In this document: one piece after another, positions 1 through 14,390 of the stretch
Numbering within the stretch: the first letter of the stretch is position 1
Layout of the letters: every line of letters starts with the position of its first letter
Assembly (NCBI RefSeq): GCF_902652985.1
Contig: NC_047024.1
Coordinates: forward strand, 38,626,001-38,690,000
Source of the DNA: Pecten maximus
Lineage: Eukaryota
DNA length: 64,000 nt
Direction of reading: 5' to 3'
Program-made: the position numbers and the translations under genes
Notes under the pieces: generated by a model
The model's database searches: none
Told to the model about the DNA's origin: nothing
Seen by the model: only the letters and a program-made list of their open reading frames with translations

Positions 1-597
1 GGAACAAAAGGCGAGTCTTACCCTATACCATGGGATTACCCAGTATGTCAATACGGCCCATGGCAAGGAGGACTAATCTTCATACAATAGCTAGGAGGAA
101 CCAGTTCCTATATTTACTATGGTGTATACGTAGGTGTATATAGACAAGAAACCTGACAGAAGCTATACTACTTAACAATCTCCCTATACAATTAGTTCAG
201 AGGAATGCAAACGGCAGCATACATTTAAACAAATTTGGGGAAAGTTGGAACACAATGTTTGACCTTGATGTTTAAGGAGTGCGATATTTAATCTGTAAAT
301 AAAAGATTTACTTATCATACACATAGGTATACTGCATTAATATAAATACCGAAAAGCTGAGTTTATTTTGATGGATGTGTTTTTTTCCATTTATTTTTAT
401 CCATAGATGTATTTATAAGAGATTGTTGTAGAATGTATAATCTCGTGTATGATTTTAGAGAAAGACTGCATGAACACTGGTAAATATAGTTGGATTAGAT
501 TATATAACAATATCTTACTTGCAAATCTTCCCAGCTAATTTGAAGGTAGACACACCAAATTTTGGAACCTTATCAATTAAGGCATATTACGTACATG

Positions 598-1566
598 ACA
601 AGAGGCCCATGGGGCCTGTATCGCTCACCTGGTTGGATTTGACCAAATGTCAAAATAATGTTCATGTTCAATTCGTTTTATTTGGCAATCTCAAACAATG
701 CTATATATGGTTATAGTGTGGGGATTCCAACTGCTTTAAAGAAATAACTAAGTCCAGACTCGATAAGGATTGTTTTTACAACATGCATTCATAACTTGAT
801 GACTAGTTGCGATTTAAAGGAATTGCGTTTAATTCCCCTATGGGGCCCCACCCCTTTGGCCCCTTGGGGGTCAAAGTCATCATTTATGCAAAATCTGTTC
901 CCCTTCCCCCAAGGATTTTTCTGACCAAATTGGGTTCAAATCCATTCATAACTTTATGACTAGAAGAGATTTAAAGGAATTACCTCTATTTCCCTTATTT
1001 GACCCCGCTGCTTTGGCCCCTTGGGGGTCAGTCACCATTTATGCAAAATCTGTTCCCCTTCCCCGAAGGATGTTTCTGACCAAATTAGGTTAAAATCCAT
1101 TCATAACTTTATGACTAGAAGCGATTTAAAGGCATTACCCCATTTTCCCTATTGGGCCCCGCCCCTCCGGCCGCTTGGGGGTCAGAGTCACCATTTATTC
1201 ATAATCTGATCCCTTTCTGCCAATGATGTTTCTGACCAAATTGGGTTCAAATCCATTCATAACTTTATGATGAGTAGCGATTTAAAGGAATTACCTCTAT
1301 TTCTCCTATTGGGCCCGCCCCTCTGGCCCCTTGGGGGTCAGAGTCACCATTTATGCAAAATCTGATCCCTTTCTGCCAAGGATGTTTCTGATCAAATTGG
1401 GTCAAAATGCAATAAGAACTTTTTGACAAGTAGCGATTTGAAGCAAATGTTGACAGACGACGGACCGTCGGACGGACGGACGGACGGACGGATGACGGAC
1501 GGATGGATGACGAACACCACGCTATGACATAAGCTCATCGGACCTTCTGTCCAGGTGAGCTAAAAA
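598..1566 (-). mobile_element. Non-autonomous Helentron-like element (HINE / pearl-CvA type MITE)
   Basis: Subterminal inverted repeats gctcacctgg (623-632) / ccaggtgagc (1551-1560); terminal hairpin aggccc-atg-gggcct (~603-617); about 4-5 internal tandem subrepeats of ~156 bp (~770-1440); (GGAC/GGAT)n microsatellite ~1455-1510; A/T-run end. This modular layout matches bivalve pearl/DTC84/HINE elements. Confidence 0.85.
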
Positions 1567-1834
1567 TTAGTAGTAACACTTTTTTCTTGTCTATAATTTC
1601 AAAACTTTCATTCATCCTCCAGAAAGAACAGCTGTAGATATATATATATGTAGTTTAAAATATTATCAAAGGAAGGATTGCAGACCTGAAAACACTCCTC
1701 CATGGACATGTTAAGTGCTGTAATGCTCTACTGTACGCGTACAGGTAGATATATGTAAAACAGTCTCTTTAGTCTTAATACAAATAGGACATTCATATGA
1801 TTGAATTTTACAGTAGGATCGACATATATGTATA

Positions 1835-2030
1835 GGTGTTGGATGGCACAGTGGTAACACACTTGCCTATCACCTAGCAGGGAGGTGGCCAGGGTTCAAT
1901 TCCCCTGATCGAACACCTACTATTATGGGGTCACCTGTCGGCTATGTGGGATTGCTCCAGGTACTCTGGGTTCCTCCAATGATAAAACACTTGGTGAACT
2001 TCCATCAATACGGGTCAACAAAAATAAATA
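1835..2030 (+). mobile_element. Degraded tRNA-derived SINE with V-domain-like core
   Basis: Pol III A box tggcacagtgg (1844-1854), B box ggttcaattcc (1893-1903), V-domain-like ccaggtactctgggttcctcc (1957-1977), A-rich tail ~2017-2032. Confidence 0.65.
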
Positions 2031-2289
2031 TAAGTTCACAATTATTGTAAAATAATGAAGATCATATCAATGATTACAAGAGATCTAAGAGGGATCTTGA
2101 AGCCCATCACTGTATGCTGTTTATTGATTCTACAGTATGATGAAGCAAAGACAATACATATTCTCTCAATATTATTCTTTATCCAATGTACATGAAGATA
2201 TGCATACTAAATGAACAGTCCAAGTAGTTCAATACTTACCCATCTGGACATATGGATGACGGATTAAGGCTTTGCCATCATCATCAGCA

Positions 2290-3461
2290 GTTCCCGTTGA
2301 ATGAAGACTTTGCCATGTTCCCGGTCTGTATCATGGATGGCGGATTAGGTCTTTGCCATGTTCCTGGTCTGTATCATGGATGGTGGATTAGGTCTTTGCC
2401 ATGTTCCCGTTGAATTAAGACTTTGCCATGTTCCGGGTCTGTATCATGGATGGTGAATTAGGTCTTTGCCATGTTCCTGGTCTGTATCATGGATGGTGGA
2501 TTAGGTCTTTGCCATGTTCCTGGTCTGTATCATGGATGGTGGATTGGGTCTTTGCCATGTTCCTGGTCTGTATCATGGATGGTGGATTAAGACTTTGCCA
2601 TGTTCCCGTTGAATTAAGACTTTGCCATGTTCGTGGTCTGTACCATGGATGGTGGATTAGGACTTTGCCATGTTCCCGGTCTGTATCATGGACGGTGGAT
2701 TGGGTCTTTGCCATGTTCCCGGTCTGTATCATGGATGACAGATTAGGTCTTTGCCATGTTCCCTGTCTGTACCATGGACGGTGGATTGGGTCTTTGCCAT
2801 GTTCCCGGTCTGTATCATGGACGGTGGATTGGGTCTTTGCCATGTTCCCGGTCTGTATCATGGATGACAGATTAGGTCTTTGCCATGTTCCCTGTCTGTA
2901 CCATGGACGGTGGATTGGGTCTTTGCCATGTTCCCGGTCTGTATTATGGATGGTGGATTAGGTCTTTGCCATGTTCCCGATCTGTATCATGGATGGCGGA
3001 TTAGGTCTTTGCCATGTTCCCGGTCTGTATTATGGATTACGGATTAGGTCTTTGCCATGTTCCCGGTCTGTATTATGGATGACGGATTAAGGCCTTTGCC
3101 ATGTTCCCGGTCTGTATCATGGATTACGGATTAAGGCTTTGCCATGTTACTGGTCTGTATCATGGATGGCGGATTGGTTCTTTGCCATGTTCCCGTTGAA
3201 TTAAGACTTTGCCATGTTCCCGGTCTGTATCATGGATGGTGAATTAAGACTTTGCCATGTTCCCGGTCTGTATCATGGATGACGGATTAAGGCTTTGCCA
3301 TGTTACTGGTCTGTATCATGGATGGCGGATTAGTTCTTTGCCATGTTCCCGTTGAATTAAGACTTTGCCATGTTCCCGGTCTGTATCATGGATGGTGAAT
3401 TAAGACTTTGCCATGTTCCCGGTCTGTATCATGGATGGTGGATTAGGTCTTTGCCATGTTC
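2290..3461. repeat. Minisatellite, 43-bp unit with interspersed 27-bp variant
   Basis: Unit ctttgccatgttcccggtctgtatcatggatggtggattaggt; short variant ctttgccatgttcccgttgaattaaga. Confidence 0.95.
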
Positions 3462-6107
3462 AGATCTTGTTGTTGAGAAGTAAAATCTGTTCAAAAACAA
3501 TTAAAACTGCTTGTTGATTATGATTGCATTAATGATTGTGTAAATTATTCTACTCAAACAAAAATGTTATAATATTTGCCACTTAGATATGTGATCACAA
3601 TGACCTCTGCCTTTGTATCCCTTTAGACTTTGACCTTGTAGTATTTACTGTAAGAGGTCTTGACCTTGGACTCCCTTCAATACCAGGTCAATGATTCATT
3701 TCTGTTCCACTTGATGTCTACAGACACCAAACCAGAAAAGTTTAAGCAAGATAAGCTGGATATTTTTATGGTAATCGAGATATTATCACATGTTTAGGGA
3801 ATAAAACTGACCTCAGTAACAATGGTCAAGAGGTCAAGCTGATCATACGGCCAGCAATCATTCGACCAAATCAAAAGCGACCCCTGAGGATAATCTGGAC
3901 AATGTCAGTTACATACCTACCAACACCTATGGAGTTTATTTTCACAATGACCTGTAGGAACCCTTGTTGTACAATATCTAATCCTGAAATGAATTAATAT
4001 CATTCCTGGAGTTTCCCACAATGCACTGATGTAAATACATTTTAATCCTTACCAAATCTCCCTCGTTTGATTGGATATACATTGAAATAATGATGCTTTA
4101 TATTTCTTTTTTTTTTCTTTGTTTAACATCCTTGCAACAAAAATGAGCAATCAATGAACATGTACTAAATATTACTAAGAAAATGAATCATGTTAATTAT
4201 ACGCTATGATAAAATTGAACAAATACAATGTATAGTATATTTTTATATAAATCATAACCTTAGAAAGTAGAGAAGCTTTATATTCTTAATTTCTAGACCT
4301 TTCCTGTTTTGTGGTCTTTGATTTTTTTGTTTTAGCTCAAAATACTTTTAACGTACCTGGTATGTGTCATTTAAGTTTTGAATTCACTGTAAATATTTCA
4401 TAATTACCTAATAACAATCAGTTTGTGTACAATGGACACAATTTTATATAGTTGTTCAAATGTCAAGGATGGCAGTATCACTTCAATATCTCTAGTGTCA
4501 AGATACTAATGATGTGTGGATAGGTTACAAGGTTATAGAATGACCTTGGGCAGGATCCTCCCCTGGGCCAGGCAACATGACATCATGTTGACATGCTCAA
4601 ACCTGATTCAGAATGTGACCATCTACTGTACACTAAAAACATTTACATAGTCAATAATGAATGGGTAACAACTGTATTACCACACCAACTCATATAATCA
4701 GGACAAGAGATCCATACAAGAGACAAAAAAATGTCTTTATTTCAAATTTGCAGTTTTTTAATTGTCTCCCATATAAGATATTTATTTCGGAGAAGAGATG
4801 TTTCAGAAGGAAATTTACGTTCTTTTACATTTGGCTCAGAGCGTAAGATTCAGGACTGAAGACAGAGAAATGATTGTTCCAACGAGGGAAACACATTGAT
4901 ACTTGTGGTCCTGTACATCAAGTGTTAACAGAAAGAATGAGGGAAGGACAAAGATGGAGAAATGAGGAAAGGATAGAGGAGAAAGACAATATTGTTTCTT
5001 TGTCTCAGGCTCTATGGAAAGGCAATGAGAGGACAGAGGGTCGAGTGAAGAGTAAAGATGGATGGCTGGGCTGAGGAGGGGGATGCAACATGTACCTTAA
5101 GGATAATCAAACATCAATATTTCAGTCTCGTTGTCTCCAATGGATTGGAAATTTGACATTTGTTGGAACCTTTGCCAGGTTATCTATCCAAAATGTAATG
5201 AAATTCTGGCCAAGAACCCAGGAACCATGCAATGGTACACCCTAATTAACAGCAGGTGGTTATTATGAGTATAAATCACATGGTGACTCATCAAAGTTCT
5301 ATCCATTCCTAGAACAAAACATACAGAATACATGCATATTTGACCTTAATTTGACCTTGACACATTGGGTAGCATCCAGGACCTGTTATTGGATCCCTGC
5401 GATTTCCCGTACAATCGCGATCGATCACCTTCAGTATTTTTTACTGTGATACTACACAAACTATCATCATATAACTTAATGGTAAAAAGTGTCATGGAGG
5501 TCGTATCACTCTTGGTTTGTTTGCTGATTCTTACAGTTTTGGAGTTCCAGTTTACCAGATAAATACATCTTACACCTTTGACTGATTTCAAAGTTATGCG
5601 ATGTATATAGACTTGATTATAAATCATTGATCATATTGGCCCTGTGCTGTCATTAACCATATAGTTAAGTCATTGGGACAAAATCATCTATTTCTTCAGT
5701 CAACATCTAAAGACAGTGTGACAAAAGTTCAGCATATACATAAACATTCTTGTGATTCAACATATACAAGTTAAATATATCAACAAACTTATCATTTATA
5801 GTACTGACTGGTCAGTAGATGTCCGCCTTTAGGAAAAAACACCTCATAAACAATGTCTAGTTTCCTTTTATATCTGTCCGTGTTTTAGATGTCCTTTTCA
5901 TGTTGACAATAGTTTATGTACTGGTGCGAGAACGAACTTATCCCCGAGCTAAATAGGGTCCTCAACACCTAACATTCATCAACAGTCAGACGTAACCTGT
6001 TGTTGACAAAAACAACTACAGGTACAAATCACAGGTAAAACATTAACCATGTACTTTAATGTTTTCATTAATTAATCATCAAAATCACAGGATCCAGTAA
6101 TTCTGTA

Positions 6108-6544
6108 GTTACTAATTTCTTTGGTCTCTTGGCTATTGAGAAGAAGTCATTTAAAGATTTTGGCCTATTTAACCTATATGACCTTGAATGAAGGTCAAGG
6201 TCATTCATTTGAATAAACTTGGTAGCCCTTCATCCCAGCATGCTACAGGCCCAATATTATGTCTCTGGGCCTCTTCAGGGTAGTAAGAGGAAGTTGTTTA
6301 AAGATTTCAGCATATTTAACCCCTGTGACCTTGAATGAGGGTCAAGGACATTCATTTGAACAAACTTGATAGCCTTTCATCCCAGCATGAAACATGACCA
6401 ATATCAGGTCTCTAGGCCTCTTGGAATCTTGAAAAGAAGTTGTTTAAATGAAAGAGTTGATGCTGGACGGGCGGACAACATACGAACAACCGAAGCCACA
6501 CCACGGCATAAGCTCACTTGCCCTTTGGGCAGGTGAGCTAAAAA
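6108..6544 (-). mobile_element. HINE/pearl-like element, partial (family B)
   Basis: Two to three ~148-bp subrepeats containing tgaccttgaatgaaggtcaaggtcattcatttgaacaaacttgg; ggac-type microsatellite; terminal hairpin gctcacttgccc-ttt-gggcaggtgagc followed by an A run. Confidence 0.8.
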
Positions 6545-6869
6545 TAACCGAATGAGAGTCCCCAAGAAGGCTCAAGTCAAGGAGATCTCTCCTTTCATTA
6601 TACAGTCATAGCTAAGCTTGTGACCGCTCAAGCTCGGGGGTTACATACCCCACTAGTATCACTAGTATTTGAACTGTATATGTGTATCTTTTCTAGTAGT
6701 GAGTTAAATTTTATTATGTAATATTGTAAGTAATTTTGATGTAATTCAGCGTAAGAATGAACAGCCCATAAAAATACCACACATGGATACATAGTTTTCA
6801 GACAATTTTTTGGCCATTCTGAATGAAGGCCTGAATGGGGCAGACAGGAGGCATAATGTCAAAAATATC

Positions 6870-9800
6870 TGTACATTTACATATACCTAAAGATGTCACA
6901 TACATTTACATATACCTAAAGATGTCATATACATTTACATATATTTAACAGTAAAGATGTCACATACATTTACATACAATGTATACTTTACAGTAAAGAT
7001 GTCACATACATTTACATATACTTTACAGTAAAGATGTCACATACATTTACATATATTTAACAGTAAAGATGTCACATACATTTACATATACTTTACAGTA
7101 AAGATGTCACATACATTTACATATAATTAACAGTAAAGATGTCACATACATTTACATATACTTTACAGTAAAGATGTCACATACATTTACATATACTTAA
7201 CAGTAAAGATGTCACATACATTTACATATATTTAACAGTAAAGATGTCACATACATTTACATATACTTTACAGTAAAGATGTCATACACATTTACATATA
7301 CTTTACAGTAAAGATGTCACATACATTTACATATACTTAACAGTAAAGATGTCACATACATTTACATATACTTTACAGTAAAGATGTCACATACATTTAC
7401 ATATACTTTACAGTAAAGATGTCATACACATTTACATATACTTTACAGTAAAGATGTCACATACATTTACATATATTTAACAGTAAAGATGTCACATACA
7501 TTTACATATTTTTTGGTAGTATGTCACATACATTTACATATACTTTACAGTAAAGATGTCACATACATTTACATATATTTAACAGTAAAGATGTCACATA
7601 CATTTACATATTTTTTGGTAATATGTCACATACATTTACATATACTTTACAGTAAAGATGTCACATACATTTACATATACTTTACAGTAAAGATGTCACA
7701 TACATTTACATATTTTTTGGTAATATGTCACATACATTTACATATACTTTACAGTAAAGATGTCACATACATTTACATATACTTTACAGTAAAGATGTCA
7801 CATACATTTACATATTTTTTGGTAATATGTCACATACATTTACATATACTTTACAGTAAAGATGTCACATACATTTACATATACTTTACAGTAAAGATGT
7901 CACATACATTTACATATACTTAACAGTAAAGATGTCACATACATTTACATATATTTAACAGTAAAGATGTCACATACATTTACATATACTTAACAGTAAA
8001 GATGTCACATACATTTACATATACTTTACAGTAAAGATGTCATACACATTTACATATACTTAACAGTAAAGATGTCACACACATTTACATATACTTAACA
8101 GTAAAGATGTCACATACATTTACATATACTTTACAGTAAAGATGTCACATACATTTACATATACTTTACAGTAAAGATGTCATACACATTTACATATACT
8201 TTACAGTAAAGATGTCACATACATTTACATATATTTAACAGTAAAGATGTCACATACATTTACATATTTTTTGGTAGTATGTCACATACATTTACATATA
8301 CTTTACAGTAAAGATGTCACATACATTTACATATATTTAACAGTAAAGATGTCACATACATTTACATATTTTTTGGTAATATGTCACATACATTTACATA
8401 TACTTTACAGTAAAGATGTCACATACATTTACATATACTTTACAGTAAAGATGTCACATACATTTACATATATTTAACAGTAAAGATGTCACATACATTT
8501 ACATATACTTTACAGTAAAGATGTCACATACATTTACATATACTTTACAGTAAAGATGTCACATACATTTACATATTTTTTGGTAATATGTCACATACAT
8601 TTACATATACTTTACAGTAAAGATGTCACATACATTTACATATACTTAACAGTAAAGATGTCACATACATTTACATATACTTTACAGTAAAGATGTCACA
8701 TACATTTACATATACTTTACAGTAAAGATGTCACATACATTTACATATACTTAACAGTAAAGATGTCACATACATTTACATATACTTTACAGTAAAGATG
8801 TCACATACATTTACATATATTTAACAGTAAAGATGTCACATACATTTACATATTTTTTGGTAATATGTCACATACATTTACATATACTTTACAGTAAAGA
8901 TGTCACATACATTTACATATTTTCTGGTAATATGTCACATACATTTACATATACTTTACAGTAAAGATGTCACATACATTTACATATATTTAACAGTAAA
9001 GATGTCACATACATTTACATATTTTTTGGTAATATGTCACATACATTTACATATACTTTACAGTAAAGATGTCACATACATTTACATATATTTAACAGTA
9101 AAGATGTCACATACATTTACATATTTTTTGGTAATATGTCACATACATTTACATATACTTTACAGTAAAGATGTCACATACATTTACATATACTTAACAG
9201 TAAAGATGTCACATACATTTACATATATTTAACAGTAAAGATGTCACATACATTTACATATACTTTACAGTAAAGATGTCACATACATTTACATATACTT
9301 TACAGTAAAGATGTCATACACATTTACATATACTTTACAGTAAAGATGTCACATACATTTACATATATTTAACAGTAAAGATGTCACATACATTTACATA
9401 TTTTTTGGTAATATGTCACATACATTTACATATACTTAACAGTAAAGATGTCACATACATTTACATATATTTAACAGTAAAGATGTCGCATACATTTACA
9501 TATTTTTTGGTAATATGTCACATACATTTACATATACTTTACAGTAAAGATGTCACATACATTTACATATACTTTACAGTAAAGATGTCACATACATTTA
9601 CATATACTTTACAGTAAAGATGTCACATACATTTACATATACTTTACAGTAAAGATGTCACATACATTTACATATACTTTACAGTAAAGATGTCACATAC
9701 ATTTACATATACTTTACAGTAAAGATGTTACATACATTTACATATACTTTACAGTAAAGATGTCACATACATTTACATATACTTTACAGTAAAGATGTCA

Positions 9801-10057
9801 CATACATTTACATATACTTTACAGTAAAGATGTTACATACATTTACATATACTTAACAGTAAAGATGTCACATACATTTACATATATTTAACAGTAAAGA
9901 TGTCACATACATTTACATATACTTTACAGTAAAGATGTCACATACATTTACATATACTTTACAGTAAAGATGTCACATACATTTACATATACTTTACAGT
10001 AAAGATGTCACATACATTTACATATACTTTACAGTAAAGATGTTACATACATTTACA
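6870..10057. repeat. Minisatellite, 35-bp unit with 32-bp variant (102-bp trimer)
   Basis: Unit gatgtcacatacatttacatatactttacagtaaa; variant ...catattttttggtaatatgtc; 35+35+32 trimer gives the 34-aa periodicity of the ORFs here. Confidence 0.97.
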
Positions 10058-10199
10058 CTAAAGGGGTTTTTTTAGACAGAGAATTGATATCCAGAAATAC
10101 CGTCATATTAACTTATATTTATAAACATCCTTAGGTTTAGATATACAAAATCAATATTGTGTGGATGTGATAAGTAATCTTATAAAAGCAAACAAAATT

Positions 10200-11022
10200 G
10201 TTAACCAAGAAATGTAGTGTAACCCAGAAATGTAGTGTAACCCAGAAATGTAGTGTAACCAGAAATGTAGTGTAACCCAGAAATGTATAGTGTAACCCAG
10301 AAATGTAGTGTAACCAGAAATGTAGTGTAACCCAGAAATGTAGTGTAACCCAGAAATGTAGTGTAACCCAGAAATGTATAGTGTAACCCAGAAATGTAGT
10401 GTAACCCAGAAATGTAGTGTAACCCAGAAATGTAGTGTAACCCAGAAATGTATAGTGTAACCCAGAAATGTAGTGTAACCCAGAAATGTAGTGTAACCAG
10501 AAATGTAGTGTAACCCAGAAATGTAGTGTAACCCAGAAATGTAGTGTAACCAGAAATGTAGTGTAACCCAGAAATGTAGTGTAACCCAGAAATGTAGTGT
10601 AACCCAGAAATGTAGTGTCACCCAGAAATGTATAGTGTAACCCAGAAATGTAGTGTAACCAGAAATGTAGTGTAACCCAGAGATGTAGTGTAACCCAGAA
10701 ATGTAGTGTAACCCAGAAATGTAGTGTAACCAGAAATGTAGTGTAACCCAGAAATGTAGTGTAACCCAGAAATGTAGTGTAACCCAGAAATGTATAGTGT
10801 AACCCATCAATGTAGTGTAACCAGAAATGTAGTGTAACCCAGAAATGTAGTGTAACCCAGAAATGTAGTGTAACCCAGTAATGTAGTGTAACCCAGAAAT
10901 GTAGTGTAACCCAGAAATGTAGTGTAACCCAGTAATGTAGTGTAACCCAGAAATGTAGTGTAACCCAGAAATGTAGTGTAACCCAGTAATGTAGTGTAAC
11001 CCAGTAATGTAGTGTAACCAGA
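10200..11022. repeat. Minisatellite, 18-bp unit (17- and 20-bp variants)
   Basis: Unit gtaacccagaaatgtagt repeated about 45 times. Confidence 0.97.
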
Positions 11023-11579
11023 ATGGACCCTATAACACCAACAGTACAGCTGGATGATTAACTTTACTGAAGTAACATTCAACCAAATGAACATTCTATA
11101 TATAGACTTGACTTTCACTACAGTTTCTTATAGATATGAGATCATAAAATTGATGCTTTTACGGCTGTTAAATTCCAGGCTGTAAACAACCTGTCTCAGG
11201 TTGTGATTTCTAAATGATTCCCCATTGGGTACATTAGAATGCTATGGTTCAGTGACTCGATAATACAATTTGGATGAAATGCTCCATCTATCTTCATCCT
11301 GATCAACATTTAGTCCATTTGAAGCCCATCATTCAATTTATCCCAGACAAACCTGTAAATGACAGCCTGAGAAAAACAAATACCAGTAAAGGTTGTCATA
11401 GTAATATTTCTGCCACCATTTTGGAATTGTTAAAAATAAAGAGAAATTTTTTCTGCTACCATTTTGGAATTGTTAAAAATAAAGAGAAATTTTGTTAACT
11501 GGAGTTAAACATCATAGCATTATAATAAGGCTTCTGTGTTTTACGTTTTGTAGAGGTGGTACAAAGGTAACTTCAGGTT

Positions 11580-12295
11580 TCTGTGCCCAATATCTAGTGC
11601 TTGGGACTCTTGGTTATTGAGAAGAAGTTGTTTAAAGATTTTAGCCTATTTGACCCATGTGACCGTGAATGAAAGTCAAGGTCATTCATTTGAACAAGCT
11701 TGGTAGCCCTTATAATTAACCCCAGTATGCTACAGGCCCAATAGCAAGTGCTTGAGCCTCTTGGTTATTGAGAAAAAGTCGTTTAAAGATTTTGACCTAT
11801 TTCACCCATATGACCTGGAATGAAGGTCAAGGTCATTCATTTGAACAAACTTAGTAGCCCTTCTTCCCAGCATCATACAGACCCAATATCAAGTTCCTGG
11901 GCATCTTGGTTATATTACTGAGATGTAGTCATTTAAAGAGTTTGGCCTATTTGACCTATGTGACCTTGAATGAAGGTCAAGGTCATTCATTTGAACAAAC
12001 TTGGTAGCCCTTCACCTAAGCATGCTACTGACCTACTATCAACTCCCAGGGACTCTTGGTTACTGAGAAGAAGTTGCTAAAATATTTTAGCCAATTTGAC
12101 CCCTGTGACCTTGACTGAAGGTCAACTTCATTCATCCCAGCATGCTACAGGCCCAATATTAGGTCTCTGAGCCTCAAGGTTATTGAGAAGAAGTTGTTTA
12201 AATGGAAAAGTTGACAACAGCCGGACGGATGGACGGATGATGGACGCCACACCACAGCATAAGCTCACTTGCCTTTCATGCAGTTGAGATAAAAT
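11580..12295 (-). mobile_element. HINE/pearl-like element, partial (family B)
   Basis: Four ~150-bp subrepeats homologous to 6108-6544; (GGAC/GGAT)n at ~12223-12246; end gcataagctcacttgcc...gcagttgagataaaa. Confidence 0.82.
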
Positions 12296-12450
12296 CATTA
12301 AAACAGACAATGTATCAAGAGGTAAACTGACTCATTTTGAGGACAAATGGGTCTAAATTACAGCAGGGGTGAGCATGTCATTTTGATCTATAGAGATACA
12401 GTAATCATCATATGGACATCCATTTTAACTCGGGCAGGAATATTAACATA

Positions 12451-13116
12451 AACAAGGGCCCGTTAGAGGGCCACAACATACGCCCATCGCAATATTTGAC
12501 ACTTGGAAGGGGGTAGTTTCACAGGTTGTAATGCTTTAAAATGAAGTATCATTGTTGGAAAGTTGGAAGGAGATATTGATACACATAATGGTGTGTAGTT
12601 GAAACCGTAGGGCAACTTTAAATAATGAGATGTCTATATGTTGCAAATATGGGAAACCTTGGTTTAAACACAACAACACAAAAATTAGTTCACATGTTTA
12701 TATACAGAATATACAGAGCCTGGGTAGGGTAGTATTGAAGTTATGGTCCGGATAAGTAGAATCATCAAAGGGCAATAACTCTGCTAATAAGGGGGTAAGG
12801 GGCATAATTTTGGTATGTGACACTCCGGCTCATCTAGATGTATATTTGTGTTAAGTATGGAGAGCTCAACACCATATGTGCCTGAAGTAAAATCATCAAA
12901 GGGGAATAACTCCACAAATAAGGGGGTAAGGGGCATGATTTTGTTATGCGACACTCCGGCTCATCAATATGTATATTTGTGTCAAGTATGGAGAGCCTGG
13001 GTCGAGCAGTATTGGAGTTATGGTCCGGACACCATATGTGCCCGAACGCCCGCCCGAACGCCCGAACGCCAACATGATAACATAATACGTCCCGTCTTTC
13101 GTCGGGCGTATAAAAA
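12451..13116 (-). mobile_element. HINE-like element (family C), both ends present
   Basis: Begins aacaagggcccgttagagggcc (hairpin); subterminal inverted repeats atacgccc (12478-12485) / gggcgtat (13104-13111) plus A run; two ~130-bp internal subrepeats; cgcc/gaac microsatellite ~13040-13070. Confidence 0.8.
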
Positions 13117-13716
13117 GTCGTATCTAAATGAGTCCGTGACAATTGCTGTTTTAAGGCCAACATAACTATAGGGGAAAATGAAAGTTAAAATATGACAGAA
13201 CTTATAACAAAAGATTTTGTTAAGGTTATACAATTTCTGTCATAATCAGGGAAATGTATATGCAGACAAGAGAAACAGGTTCAGCATGAAACAGCAATAG
13301 ACTGGTTATTGATTCCAAGGTCCAATGCGCAAGTGACAAATAATCTCCTATTAAATACATGTAAATTGAAAGTAGCATTGTGAAGTATCAATTATAGCAA
13401 TTCATATTTTTACATCTTTGGTGCATATCAACAAACACTGCTACCCTAACTAGATTGGCCACACAGTAGGCAATTACAGGTGTATATACATATGTACATC
13501 TACATTTCATGCTCATATAATCATGAACACACAATTGTACATGTAACAAATTGATAAATAAGTATCATCCCACACAAATACAGAATACTTTGAGTCAGTC
13601 AGCTCATGAACTTGTTCTAGGTAAGGGTATACAACAGACTGATGAATTCGTACACCCACAATATGATGATGAACCTTGCTTCACTTAATGAAACAAACAA
13701 GCAGGAAATCATAGGA

Positions 13717-14015
13717 TTTGTTTGTTTGCTGGGTTTATCACCCCTTGAACAGCCAGGGTCATTCTGAAGTGGGTCTTTTTGTAGTAGATGGTGACTACTT
13801 CATTGAACAACACATTGGACTCATGTCGAATGCCATCCAGAGCAATTTGGGTAAGTGTCTTGCCCAAGGACACAACAATGACCGCACATTTTAACCGTCC
13901 TGAGATTGCTGAGAAATACAAACCGACACCGAATTGGAACATCGAACCAGGCACCTCGGACCTGCACCTTAGGTTACGTAATCGCCACTCTAAGTGACTG
14001 AGCTATCACGGTCCC
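13717..14015 (-). mobile_element. tRNA-derived CORE-type SINE
   Basis: Minus strand: head gggaccgtgatagctcagtc (A box), ggttcgatgttcc (B box), CORE-like gtgtccttgggcaagacacttaccc, tail aatgaccctggctgtt...(caaa)n. Confidence 0.8.
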
Positions 14016-14159
14016 ACACGTTATATAAAACAAGATACAAAAACTACATTGAACTTTCAGGGTAATCATAATTTAGTGGAATGCTTTAGCATGAAAAGCA
14101 CTAAAATAAGATTACCCCTAAAAAATGTGCATTAACAGTATCATATAATCATTTCAAGA

Positions 14160-14390
14160 TTAGTTTGGTTTGGTTTATTTTGTTTAACGTCCTATTTACA
14201 GCCAGGGTCATTTAAGGACGTGCCAGGTTTGGAGGTGGAGGAAAGCCGGAGTACCCGGAGAAAAACATTGGCCTATGGTTAGTACCTGGCAACTGCCCAC
14301 ATAGGTTTCGAACTAGCAACCCATAGGTGGAGGGCTAGTGATAAAGTGTCGGGACATCTTAACCACTCTGACTCAGCCACCACGGCCCCC
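14160..14390 (-). mobile_element. tRNA-derived V-type SINE with target-site duplication
   Basis: Minus strand: head ggggccgtggtggctgag...agttcgaaacc, V domain tttctccgggtactccggctttcctcc, tail aatgaccctggctg...(ccaaa)n; 11-bp TSD tcatttcaaga at 14149-14159 and 14391-14401. Confidence 0.9.

Noticed and set aside
11310-11385. Minus-strand acceptor tttgtttttctcag followed by AVIYRFVWDKLNDGLQMD-stop
   Set aside because: Short, no linked exons or homology; such signals are frequent in AT-rich DNA.
13940-14390. tRNA genes
   Set aside because: A and B boxes are present but no complete cloverleaf; followed by CORE or V domains and tails, so SINE heads.
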